Source of the DNA: a virus
Taxonomy: Duplodnaviria > Caudoviricetes
Virus record (IMG/VR): IMGVR_UViG_3300020045_004664
Location: 1 to 40,346 of that record
DNA: 40,346 bases
Strand: one strand, 5' to 3'
Shown: one piece after another, positions 9,715-17,736 of the stretch
Layout: every line of letters begins with the position of its first letter
How positions within the stretch are numbered: the first letter of the stretch is position 1
Position numbers and translations under genes: made by a program
Notes under the pieces: generated by a model
Seen by the model: the letters and a program-made list of their open reading frames with translations, nothing else
Told to the model about the DNA's origin: nothing
The model's database searches: none

Positions 9715-10102
9715 TTTTTACTCTATTACGAAGTTCACTAGTACTAAAATTGTGTCTTCTTGAAGTATAAATCATTTTTATTGGCAACTCATTTCCTGTA
9801 AATACTTTACCTCGATACTCCTCTCCGATAAATCTTACATCTGGTTTAATCATCTGCAACAAATTAAACAAATCTCCTTCAGTATCATATGGTATTATTT
9901 CATCTATAAATTTACATCCCTTCAATTGCATAAATCTTTCAAAACTTGTTTGAATTGGCCTATTCTTGCTCGGACGATTTAATGTTGGGTCGGTATGTAA
10001 ACCTACAATTAGATAGTCACATTGTGCCCGTGCCTCTTCTAGCATGGCTACATGGCCTGTATGAAGTAAATCAAATGCTGATGCTGTGAATCCTTTATTC
10101 AT
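9707..10102 (-). CDS. cytidylyltransferase-family nucleotidyltransferase (TagD/HldC-like)
   Basis: FDLLHTGH (HxGH), DYLIVGL and RRHNFSTS motifs. Confidence 0.85.
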   Translation of the reverse strand: MNKGFTASAFDLLHTGHVAMLEEARAQCDYLIVGLHTDPTLNRPSKNRPIQTSFERFMQLKGCKFIDEIIPYDTEGDLFNLLQMIKPDVRFIGEEYRGKVFTGNELPIKMIYTSRRHNFSTSELRNRVKNA

Positions 10103-10412
10103 CTTTGAAAAATTCTTTATCTTTTAAACCGTGGTCATCTATATAATAATCTGCACTTAATTTTTCTCCTACCCTTAATAAATGATATTTAAGACCCCAC
10201 ATTTCTAATTGATTTTCTGTAAATTTTTTCCAATCAATCCCAGTACTAGCTCCTCTGGCGGTATCGACCAAAATGATATGTCCGTCATCATATAAGGAAT
10301 TTACCTTTTCTATTCTATTTCTTATAGGAATAGCTAAATTATATTCTTTATGGCCATATTTATTTTTAACTATAGTACACAAAGTTCCATCAAGGTCAAA
10401 ACAATAGGTCAT
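10095..10412 (-). CDS. small HAD-superfamily phosphatase (capsule-biosynthesis type)
   Basis: FDLDGTLC, TARG and K..ADYYIDD motifs. The likely start is ATG 10412, overlapping the upstream stop (ATGA). Confidence 0.85.
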   Translation of the reverse strand: MTYCFDLDGTLCTIVKNKYGHKEYNLAIPIRNRIEKVNSLYDDGHIILVDTARGASTGIDWKKFTENQLEMWGLKYHLLRVGEKLSADYYIDDHGLKDKEFFKDE

Positions 10413-11134
10413 TCGTTTATATACTCCATTACATTTATAATAGGCGACCAATTAGGAGTAGTGTTTGGTAGTACAGATTTTCTAGCTTCTTTTCTTGCTG
10501 GTTTGAATCTTACAGTCTTACCTTCAGCTAATTGAATTAGATTTGTTTTGATTCCACTTCCCATTTTATATTCTCCTTTATCCCAGAAAAATGCTTTGTC
10601 CAATCCTATTACTATATCATCAACATGAACATAATCCCTTATTTGCTTTCCATCTCCATAGATAATAACTTCTTCCTTATCTTTAAAAATATCAACCACA
10701 CTTCTTGGAAGACCAAAGATATTAGAGAAGTAAAGTATAACCGCATTATTATGAAATTTCTTAAGATATTCATTACAAGCCCATTTAGAGAAACCATAAG
10801 GAGAAACAGGGTCTATTGAAGCTCCTGTAGAAGCAAATACTATTTTTGCATCAGGATAAGCATGCACAAGACGAACTGTTGTAGCTAGATTTTGTACTGT
10901 CCTTACAGGGTCTTTCCAACTATCTTCAACTGGAGCATGAGCAGCTAAATGATAGACTACATCTATATCAGGAGGAAGTTCACAAGTAAGCAAATCTTTA
11001 CCATCCTTAGTATCTATACCTAAAAGTTCCCATTCACCATCTCCTTTTAAATGGTCATATGTATAAGCAGACAATCTGTTCCAAAGTTTTGTACCTATTT
11101 GACCTTTATGACCTGTGATTAAAATTCTACTCAT
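10409..11134 (-). CDS. NAD-dependent epimerase/dehydratase (short SDR)
   Basis: ITGHKGQIG, YHLAA, SPYGFSK and YGDGKQIRDYVHVDD motifs. Confidence 0.88.
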   Translation of the reverse strand: MSRILITGHKGQIGTKLWNRLSAYTYDHLKGDGEWELLGIDTKDGKDLLTCELPPDIDVVYHLAAHAPVEDSWKDPVRTVQNLATTVRLVHAYPDAKIVFASTGASIDPVSPYGFSKWACNEYLKKFHNNAVILYFSNIFGLPRSVVDIFKDKEEVIIYGDGKQIRDYVHVDDIVIGLDKAFFWDKGEYKMGSGIKTNLIQLAEGKTVRFKPARKEARKSVLPNTTPNWSPIINVMEYINE

Positions 11135-11580
11135 ATTGCATTTGCATATTCTTTATAAACTTTACTGGCTTCTATTGCCGTAGAAAAAACTCCAAGAGAT
11201 TTTAATTTACCATTATCCCAAATTCTCGATTCATATTTACCATTAGGTCTTCTATTTGCTCCAACAACTTTCCCTTTTCTATGTATATGACGATTTTGCT
11301 GATTAATCCTATTAGTTGTAATACGGAGATTTATTTTTCTATTATCTAATCCATTTCCATTTATATGGTCTACGATTTTTTTATCGCTCTTCTTTAATCC
11401 TAAGATTATACGATGCATATATAATTTCTTTTTAGTTCTAGTAGCATAAAAAGTATCTTTATAATTTTTATGTGCACTCCATTTATGTAATGAAATAATT
11501 TCGTAGTCTTCATTGTCTACTTTTGCAAACTTTCCATGATTAAGTGGGATGAGTTTCATAACTTTATCTAATCTTCGCAT
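11131..11580 (-). CDS. HNH homing endonuclease with AP2-like C-terminal domain
   Basis: YMHRIIL, VDHINGNGLDNRKINLR and LGVFSTAIEASKVY motifs. An alternative start is ATG 11559. Confidence 0.9.
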   Translation of the reverse strand: MRRLDKVMKLIPLNHGKFAKVDNEDYEIISLHKWSAHKNYKDTFYATRTKKKLYMHRIILGLKKSDKKIVDHINGNGLDNRKINLRITTNRINQQNRHIHRKGKVVGANRRPNGKYESRIWDNGKLKSLGVFSTAIEASKVYKEYANAI

Positions 11581-12545
11581 AAATCACGAATAATGTCAAG
11601 TAAATTATAACTATAATCCCATTTGGGATAATCTTTTCTAAATCTTGAAACATCATGCACATCCCAAACTCGGTCACCTCTTCTGTGTTTGTCAATGTAT
11701 TTTACTATTGCTTTTTTGCCAACTTCGTGTTCTATAGTTTCGATAGCTTCAATAACAGATAGACTTCTTTCTTCACCACCTCCCATATTATAAACTGCTC
11801 CTATTTTTGGTTTTTGTATAAATTCATAACAAGCATTTATTAAATCATACGAATGAATTTGGTCTCTAACCTGTTTTCCTTTGAATCCAAAAATATTATA
11901 TTCTTTTTCTTCTTTTATACATTTAACTAAATATGCTAGAAATCCATGTTCCTGCGCTCCTTTATGTTTCTTACCTGTTATACAGCCACATCTAAAGCAG
12001 ACCGTTTTCATTCCGAAAAAGTTACCATATTCCTGCACATAAATATCAGCTGCAGTTTTAGAACAACCAAATAAAGAACGATTCCCAGCAAAATCTAATC
12101 CTGTATTTTCATCAAATGTTTCAAAGTGGGTAAAACGAGTCCCATTTTCTACTACATGGCGTTCCATATTCTCTCCATAAACTTTATCAGTGGATATATG
12201 AACAAAAACTGCACTAGGGCAATACTTGCGAGTAGCTTCTAATAAAATTAGTGTACCTCTTGCATTAACATCAAAATCAGTCAAAGGCTCTTTCTTTGCC
12301 CAATCGTGTGATGGTTGAGCGGCTGTATGCAATATTGCATCAAATCCTTTTTCCATATCGAACAAATTATTTACGGCCTTCTCATCTCGTATGTCTATTT
12401 CAAATTGAGGTTTACCTTTTTCTACTCCAAAGAAATAGGAACGCATATTATTATCAATTCCAACAACTTCCCAACCTTTCTTTTTAAAGAAATCAACTGC
12501 TTCACTACCTGTCATACCTAATGAACCTGTAATTAAAATTTTCAT
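11568..12545 (-). CDS. NAD-dependent epimerase, CDP-paratose 2-epimerase (RfbE/Tyv)-like
   Basis: ITGSLGMTG, HTAAQPSHD, STDKVYG, LFGCSKTAADIYVQEY and GKQVRDQIH motifs. Confidence 0.8.
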   Translation of the reverse strand: MKILITGSLGMTGSEAVDFFKKKGWEVVGIDNNMRSYFFGVEKGKPQFEIDIRDEKAVNNLFDMEKGFDAILHTAAQPSHDWAKKEPLTDFDVNARGTLILLEATRKYCPSAVFVHISTDKVYGENMERHVVENGTRFTHFETFDENTGLDFAGNRSLFGCSKTAADIYVQEYGNFFGMKTVCFRCGCITGKKHKGAQEHGFLAYLVKCIKEEKEYNIFGFKGKQVRDQIHSYDLINACYEFIQKPKIGAVYNMGGGEERSLSVIEAIETIEHEVGKKAIVKYIDKHRRGDRVWDVHDVSRFRKDYPKWDYSYNLLDIIRDLCED

Positions 12546-13129
12546 ATGACTTCAAAATTATTTGGTAAAGAAATAGTTGTATCATTTGCAAACCATTTTT
12601 TAGGTGCTATCACTTTATTATTTCTAGGGTCAAGATAAGAAGCCCAAAAGCTAAATGATGAATTAGCCATAATATGCCCTTCACAACATGCCATATCTTC
12701 TAAATCCTGTGTTTCTCCTTTTGGTTCATGAATGGTATATTTCCCTTTAATAAAAGTATCCAAGAAATTTTTACACCACTTCTTATCTTCTTCGTCTTGT
12801 TCTACATTTTGTCCATCATGACAAAAAACCCTAAATGTTATATTAGGAAACATTTTAACTGCTCTTTGATAATAATCAGTTTGAGTTAAATCTATATAAT
12901 AATTATTATTAATATAATCCCCACGCCTTATGTGTAGAGATACTTGACATATATACACATTGTTAACTATATTAAATACATTTCTTAATTCATTTTTATA
13001 TTTATCAAATGTAGTGTAATCTTGCAAATAGATATCTGGTAATTTTCCTTCTCTAACTTGACTATAAAGAAAAGCAAATTGAAAAAGTCTATTTCCTAAT
13101 CCTCCCATAAATTGTCTTACATTCTTCAT
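12542..13129 (-). CDS. GT11 alpha-1,2-fucosyltransferase-like
   Basis: GGLGNRLFQ, HIRRGDY (GDP-sugar binding) and MANSSFSFWASYL motifs. Confidence 0.9.
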   Translation of the reverse strand: MKNVRQFMGGLGNRLFQFAFLYSQVREGKLPDIYLQDYTTFDKYKNELRNVFNIVNNVYICQVSLHIRRGDYINNNYYIDLTQTDYYQRAVKMFPNITFRVFCHDGQNVEQDEEDKKWCKNFLDTFIKGKYTIHEPKGETQDLEDMACCEGHIMANSSFSFWASYLDPRNNKVIAPKKWFANDTTISLPNNFEVI

Positions 13130-13818
13130 ATAGGTAAAGGTGACTTAATTTCTACAAATTCAGGAAATACTTTCGGAAAGTCTTTAACTATTTGAGTCAT
13201 TAGTTCTATATGGTGAGCCATTGCATCATTTATCATACTCTTTTCTTTAGTTCGATAAAGCCATAAAACTTCAGGAATGGTAGTTATTATATTTCCACGA
13301 CTTAATAAGTTAAACCACAAATGATAATCTTCATATCCAAAAGTCATTTTAGGGCTATATCCTCCTACTTCTAATAAAGCTTCTCTTTTAATTGCTGAAC
13401 AATATCCTATCCTATTTCCAGTTTTAAAATCTTCTATTGTAGGATTAGCCATCAGTTTTATAACTGTATTTCTTATACCAAATTCCTTAAATGAAAGTCC
13501 TATTATATCTGCTTTAGTTTTTTCTATCTCCTTTTCAATAATTTCTGTGCAGTTCGGGATAAGAATGTCATCAGCATCTAGAGGTAAAATATAGTCTCCT
13601 GTTGCATTCATTATTCCTGTATTCCTCGCAGAACTTAAACCTTTATTAACTTGTGAAATAACCTTTACTGGATACTTGCGAGCAATTTCAAGGGAATGGT
13701 CTGTACTACCATCATCAACTACAATTACTTCACAAGGAACAATCTGATTCAAAGCAGATTCAATAGCATCTGGCAAATATTCTTGTTGGTTATATGAAGC
13801 TATTACAATTGTAATCAT
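13126..13818 (-). CDS. GT2-family glycosyltransferase
   Basis: IVIASYN, VVDDGSTD, NKGLSSARNTG, LDADD and YEDY motifs. Confidence 0.92.
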   Translation of the reverse strand: MITIVIASYNQQEYLPDAIESALNQIVPCEVIVVDDGSTDHSLEIARKYPVKVISQVNKGLSSARNTGIMNATGDYILPLDADDILIPNCTEIIEKEIEKTKADIIGLSFKEFGIRNTVIKLMANPTIEDFKTGNRIGYCSAIKREALLEVGGYSPKMTFGYEDYHLWFNLLSRGNIITTIPEVLWLYRTKEKSMINDAMAHHIELMTQIVKDFPKVFPEFVEIKSPLPI

Positions 13819-14852
13819 TTTTTTAACATTTCCGTTATTGCCTTACCGCCTTCTTTAGAAGTAGTAAACCATTTAGTAACTGTTATTATTTTCGGTTGGT
13901 AATGTTGTCCCCAAAGTGGTTCGTAATATTCTTTAATTAAACTATCAGGATAAATGTATGAAGGAGTTAAAACTATTTCAGGTTGATTTTCTGACAAATA
14001 TTTATTCCATGCACTTTCATCATTCCAAATAGGTACATAGCCCTTATTCATATCTTGTTCAATTATTTTTCTAGTTTCTTTCATTGCTTCTATAAACTTA
14101 TCAGCTTTTCCTCCTTGGAATCCTCCTGCGAAATACAAAGGCATGAATCTAGGTTTACCTCCATCTGATATTATTTGTCCTGGTCTTTTGATATAAGAAG
14201 CTGAAGTAGGGTTAGGTTCATAAGGTGGCCAATACTCTTTTCGTAAAGCATACATGGGATGTAAAGCGGCCATTAATCCTTCTTTAGGTAATATTTCATC
14301 TCCCACTATATTTACTATCTTCATATCTATATCGAGATAAAAGACATAATCATAGTCCTTGAGTTTGTGTTCTTCTTGTAGAAATAGATTATATCTTAAA
14401 AGAGTAGGATATGGCCATTCAACTGGTTCTGTGGGAATTATATTTATATCCTTCTGCCCTCTTAATTTATTTATAGAATCTGAGATATTTTGTATTTGAT
14501 TTGAAATAACAATATCATTTATATCTTTACCTCTTTCTTTCCAAGATGCAGATATCTTATGATATACCTCATAAGGATTTTCTGGTATATCAGTCCAAAA
14601 GAAGAAATCAGTTTTATGGCCTGGAAGAAAATACTCTTTTGTTCCTTGTACCATTTCAGGTGCATATTGCCAATAAAGTGGATTTAAACATATAAATACT
14701 AATGCTACCTTAAATTTCTTATCTAAACTTTTTTGATTAGAGCCACAATAATTTACTAATTCAGAATCTAGTACAATTCTATCAACATTAGACTCTAGTC
14801 CTTTTGAATTATAGAAATTATTTGCTAAACGAGTAAAATCTTTTGGATTCAA
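13815..14852 (-). CDS. GT6-family (ABO/alpha-1,3-Gal/GalNAc transferase-like) glycosyltransferase
   Basis: FFFWTD, WP..TL.RY, YVFYLDID, LHP, YFAGGFQGG, WNDESAWNKY and LTPSYIYP match the GT6 signature. TTG start. Confidence 0.9.
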   Translation of the reverse strand: MNPKDFTRLANNFYNSKGLESNVDRIVLDSELVNYCGSNQKSLDKKFKVALVFICLNPLYWQYAPEMVQGTKEYFLPGHKTDFFFWTDIPENPYEVYHKISASWKERGKDINDIVISNQIQNISDSINKLRGQKDINIIPTEPVEWPYPTLLRYNLFLQEEHKLKDYDYVFYLDIDMKIVNIVGDEILPKEGLMAALHPMYALRKEYWPPYEPNPTSASYIKRPGQIISDGGKPRFMPLYFAGGFQGGKADKFIEAMKETRKIIEQDMNKGYVPIWNDESAWNKYLSENQPEIVLTPSYIYPDSLIKEYYEPLWGQHYQPKIITVTKWFTTSKEGGKAITEMLKK

Positions 14853-14854
14853 TG

Positions 14855-15007
14855 TTATTTTTTATCTGATAATTTTTTCTCTTCTTTAGGTTTTATAGCC
14901 TCCTGTAATATTTTAGCAGATTCTACACATACTTGGTGTTCTTCTGCTGACAATTTTGCTAAACGAGATGCGTTATATAAATTAGCGAGTGCGTTTTCTA
15001 ATGTCAT
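14855..15007 (-). CDS. small hypothetical protein (50 aa, MTLENALANL...), first gene of the glycan operon
   Basis: Hand-translated ORF. It begins 6 nt after a TATAAT box and stops 2 nt before the GT6 start. Confidence 0.6.
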   Translation of the reverse strand: MTLENALANLYNASRLAKLSAEEHQVCVESAKILQEAIKPKEEKKLSDKK

Positions 15008-15013
15008 ATATAA

Positions 15014-15042
15014 ATTATACTACCTTAACTTTTAATTGCAAA
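15014..15042 (-). promoter_or_regulatory. sigma70-like promoter for the glycan operon (probably leaderless)
   Basis: TTGCAA (15036-15041), 16 nt spacer, TATAAT (15014-15019), then ATG at 15007. Confidence 0.55.
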
Positions 15043-15147
15043 CGTTTTCGCCTGTTTTCGACCCTTACTTTAGCCTGTTCTGCCGTTTCTCCTGTATATC
15101 TCACTCGACTAAAATAATATTCTTCTTTGTTGTGCTTTCTCATTGTT

Positions 15148-15309
15148 TTATCTCACCATAAACTTACTTGTTATTTTCTCATATTCTTCTAAATGTTTGG
15201 GACAAAGAGCAAAAGATTGACCTCCTAAATGAACATGAAATTGAATAGTTAAAAGTGATTTTCCACATTTATAGCAACAGGTTTTAAATTGTTTATATTT
15301 CTTACTCAT
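15148..15309 (-). CDS. small Cys/His zinc-finger-like protein (53 aa)
   Basis: Hand-translated; CCYKC...LCPKH. Coupled to the upstream stop (TAATG). Confidence 0.5.
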   Translation of the reverse strand: MSKKYKQFKTCCYKCGKSLLTIQFHVHLGGQSFALCPKHLEEYEKITSKFMVR

Positions 15310-15761
15310 TATTTCTTATATTTATTGATAATATCTTGTAAAGTTTTGTTTTTAGTCATATCTCGTACCAAAGAGGCGACCTTTTTTGTGTAAAGTTTAA
15401 TGTTTTCATCAGAATGTGGAATTTGAGTAAAAACTTTCAATTCGTTTTCTAAAATTTCTTCTGTAATATCTTCAACTTTCATCCCCTCAATTTCTCTTAT
15501 AAGCTGGGTTTGTTGAGAGGAGAGGAGGGAACGAACTTTTGTCTTAATTTTTTCACAATATATTTTTATTTGAATATCAGTTCCTTTTACACATTCGGCA
15601 AATAATATACCAAACTCTTTCTCCCAATCTTCCTCTTTGTTTACAGTGGGAGAGGAGACAATAAGCTTGCTACAATTTTCACAGAATAATTCTCCATTAA
15701 GTTGTATAAGAGGCTGTTCACAACACTTTGATAATTCTTTTGTATTATTGATTTTAGACAT
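15309..15761 (-). CDS. hypothetical protein with N-terminal zinc ribbon
   Basis: SKCC....FCENC motif. Confidence 0.6.
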   Translation of the reverse strand: MSKINNTKELSKCCEQPLIQLNGELFCENCSKLIVSSPTVNKEEDWEKEFGILFAECVKGTDIQIKIYCEKIKTKVRSLLSSQQTQLIREIEGMKVEDITEEILENELKVFTQIPHSDENIKLYTKKVASLVRDMTKNKTLQDIINKYKK

Positions 15762-15763
15762 GG

Positions 15764-15985
15764 TTATTTTGATTTGATAAATTTAATAAATTCTTTGAAA
15801 TGTTTAGGTGAAATCCACCCACATGCTCGACACTCATCTACATCAAATCCGTGCTTATCGCCAATTTTTTCCCATGCTTGCCATTCATCGCTCTGAATTA
15901 CAGTAGCCCAGAAAGAATTATGAATGCCATCAGAGCAATGATATGCAAAATGTTCTTTATCCCAACCATGTTTTTTCTTTGCCAT
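15764..15985 (-). CDS. hypothetical protein
   Basis: 73-aa ORF in the tightly packed gene run. Confidence 0.6.
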   Translation of the reverse strand: MAKKKHGWDKEHFAYHCSDGIHNSFWATVIQSDEWQAWEKIGDKHGFDVDECRACGWISPKHFKEFIKFIKSK

Positions 15986-16003
15986 ATAATTACTTCTTAT
16001 CTA

Positions 16004-16144
16004 CTAAAATTTAATAATAATATCCCAAAATAGCCACATGAAACTCACGACGGGTTTCCACCTAAAATTTATTGATATTGACGGCAATATTTCTATATAT
16101 CTTTTATTAAATGTATTTTCAAATGTTATCTTTTTCTTCTTCAT
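16004..16144 (-). CDS. mini-gene (46 aa, MKKKKITFEN...)
   Basis: Hand-translated; starts just after the junction repeat. Confidence 0.5.
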   Translation of the reverse strand: MKKKKITFENTFNKRYIEILPSISINFRWKPVVSFMWLFWDIIIKF

Positions 16145-16149
16145 ATAAT

Positions 16150-16316
16150 TTTACCACCTATTATTTTAATAATCCATTTATAATTAACGTCAAAAGTAAA
16201 ATAAACAAAACTCCTGTAATTATTTTAACCCATGCCCAGAAAATTATTGTTCTTTCCATTTTCTCTATAAATTTATCTTTTTCCATATATTCATTTACCA
16301 CCTATTATTTTAATAA
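16150..16316. repeat. 23-bp perfect direct repeat TTTACCACCTATTATTTTAATAA (16150-16172, 16294-16316); partial third copy TTCATTTACCACC at 16475-16487
   Basis: Direct sequence comparison. Each full copy spans the last codons, stop and 5' leader at a gene junction. Confidence 0.9.
16161..16286 (-). CDS. mini-gene, single transmembrane peptide (41 aa)
   Basis: Hand-translated; hydrophobic stretch IIFWAWVKIITGVLFILLLTLII, ends LLK*. Confidence 0.55.
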   Translation of the reverse strand: MEKDKFIEKMERTIIFWAWVKIITGVLFILLLTLIINGLLK

Positions 16317-16472
16317 ATCATAACATACATCACATTCTAATTCTGGGTGAAAATAGGCAGCGTGGCGTTCACAAAATCTGTTATATTTAGCTGGATATAC
16401 CCATTTACCTTGATGGTATATCGGTTCGCCCCTTATATATTTTTTATATAACCCATCAATAAGTTTTCTCAT
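16305..16472 (-). CDS. mini-gene (55 aa) with C-x2-H...C-x2-C motif
   Basis: Hand-translated; CERH...CDVC, ends LLK*. Confidence 0.55.
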   Translation of the reverse strand: MRKLIDGLYKKYIRGEPIYHQGKWVYPAKYNRFCERHAAYFHPELECDVCYDLLK

Positions 16473-16515
16473 ATTTCATTTACCACCATTTAAGGTTGGT
16501 GAACCTTTTTTGTTA

Positions 16516-16776
16516 TTAAAGTTCTTCTATTTTTCCATCAGACCATTCTATGCGAGTGCCGTAATCGGGGTGTGCGTAAATATGCACTTTTTTCAAATCT
16601 TCTAATTTATCCCACCAAACACAACTTCCACTTCCTACACACCATCTTTGAGCAACCCTACCGTCAGTAAATACGCATATTTCAAATTGAACTTGGTCTG
16701 GCTCATTATAGGAATCTTTTTCTATCTCTGGTTTTAATGCTTTCGCTTTTGTCCTAAATACTATTGCTGTTTTCAT
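16516..16776 (-). CDS. hypothetical protein
   Basis: 86-aa ORF with FTDGRVAQRW and H..YGTRIEW. Confidence 0.65.
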   Translation of the reverse strand: MKTAIVFRTKAKALKPEIEKDSYNEPDQVQFEICVFTDGRVAQRWCVGSGSCVWWDKLEDLKKVHIYAHPDYGTRIEWSDGKIEEL

Positions 16777-16781
16777 ATAAT

Positions 16782-16925
16782 CTATTCTTTGGTTAATAAA
16801 TCTCTTATATCTAATAATACTTTTAATTGAATAAATTGTGTAATTGCTATTTGATGATATATATTATCTTTTACTTTCCGAGTTTCTTCTTCAAATTCTT
16901 TCAAAACTTCTTGTTGTGTTCTCAT
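16782..16925 (-). CDS. mini-gene (47 aa), ends LLTKE*
   Basis: Hand-translated; fills the gap between neighbouring genes. Confidence 0.55.
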   Translation of the reverse strand: MRTQQEVLKEFEEETRKVKDNIYHQIAITQFIQLKVLLDIRDLLTKE

Positions 16926-16946
16926 ATATTATTCTTTGGTTAATAA
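16783..16946. repeat. 17-bp perfect direct repeat TATTCTTTGGTTAATAA (16783-16799, 16930-16946)
   Basis: Direct comparison. It encodes identical LLTKE* ends on two adjacent unrelated genes. Confidence 0.85.
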
Positions 16947-17129
16947 TTTATATTCATAAGTTGCTGAAAAAATATCATCACTATTATTTAAACCAGTTAT
17001 CCTTCTTTGAACATACTCAAACCAAACATATATTTCATCATCAATTTTTACAGGATACCAAGCAAAATATTTATACCATTCTTTTTTTCTTTTTTTTCTT
17101 AACCACGCACTTGCTGTTATAAATTTCAT
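16929..17129 (-). CDS. hypothetical protein
   Basis: W..YFAWYPVK....VWFEYV pattern; ends LLTKE*. Confidence 0.65.
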   Translation of the reverse strand: MKFITASAWLRKKRKKEWYKYFAWYPVKIDDEIYVWFEYVQRRITGLNNSDDIFSATYEYKLLTKE

Positions 17130-17142
17130 ATATCTTTCCCCA

Positions 17143-17343
17143 TTATTTTACAGCTAGGGGAGCTGGGGGTAATCTTTTAATTCTAGGAACAAGGATATTT
17201 TTAATGTCTTTATCTTCTGTAAGGCGGAATCCACGAGAGTAGGTAAAGTTGTCTTCGCTATTTACTCTTTCAATGATTTCTTCTTTAGAGAAAATGCCGT
17301 ACTTTGGTTTAAATTCTGTTTTAAGGGGTTGTATTGTTTGCAT
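17143..17343 (-). CDS. hypothetical protein
   Basis: 66-aa ORF coupled to the ninG stop. Confidence 0.55.
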   Translation of the reverse strand: MQTIQPLKTEFKPKYGIFSKEEIIERVNSEDNFTYSRGFRLTEDKDIKNILVPRIKRLPPAPLAVK

Positions 17344-17736
17344 TACATTTTACGATATTCTTCCAATAATTCTAAATAGAAATCCATTGCTTTCACAGTT
17401 ACTTGTCTATCTTTTTTTAACTGCTCCATGTACTCTGCTCCTTCTTCTTGCCACATTCTTAGATAAAAGTCTGCTCCCATTCCGCCTTTGTTTATGTTGC
17501 AACTGTAACACTGCGGACGTAAAATCCGTAAATCGTACTTCAAGTAAGCCCCCAGGCTCGCCTTTGGCCACATATGGCCCGTATGCCAGTTCAACCCCTC
17601 TAGGTTCAATTTGTTGCACGTATAACATACATTTCCATATTTTGCCCTGATTATTCTTCGACAATGTTCCCATATTTTTCTTTGTATTAAGCTAATAGAT
17701 TGTTTAGACTTTTTTTTTTAATGGAGTTCTTTTCAT
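17343..17736 (-). pseudogene. ninG: NinG/Rap-like HNH endonuclease with a +1 frameshift in an A10 tract
   Basis: CYTC...HTGH...LRPQCYSCN motifs. ATG 17736 overlaps the upstream stop. Removing one A from 17710-17719 joins MKRTPLKKK to SKQSISLIQRKIW... Confidence 0.75.

Noticed and set aside
16150-16946. Direct repeats read as a CRISPR array
   Set aside because: There are only 2-3 copies, the spacers are over 120 bp and are coding genes, the repeats are not palindromic, and there are no cas genes.
17407-17673. 88-aa alternative minus-strand ORF overlapping ninG
   Set aside because: It is an off-frame overlap with no motifs. The NinG frame explains the region.
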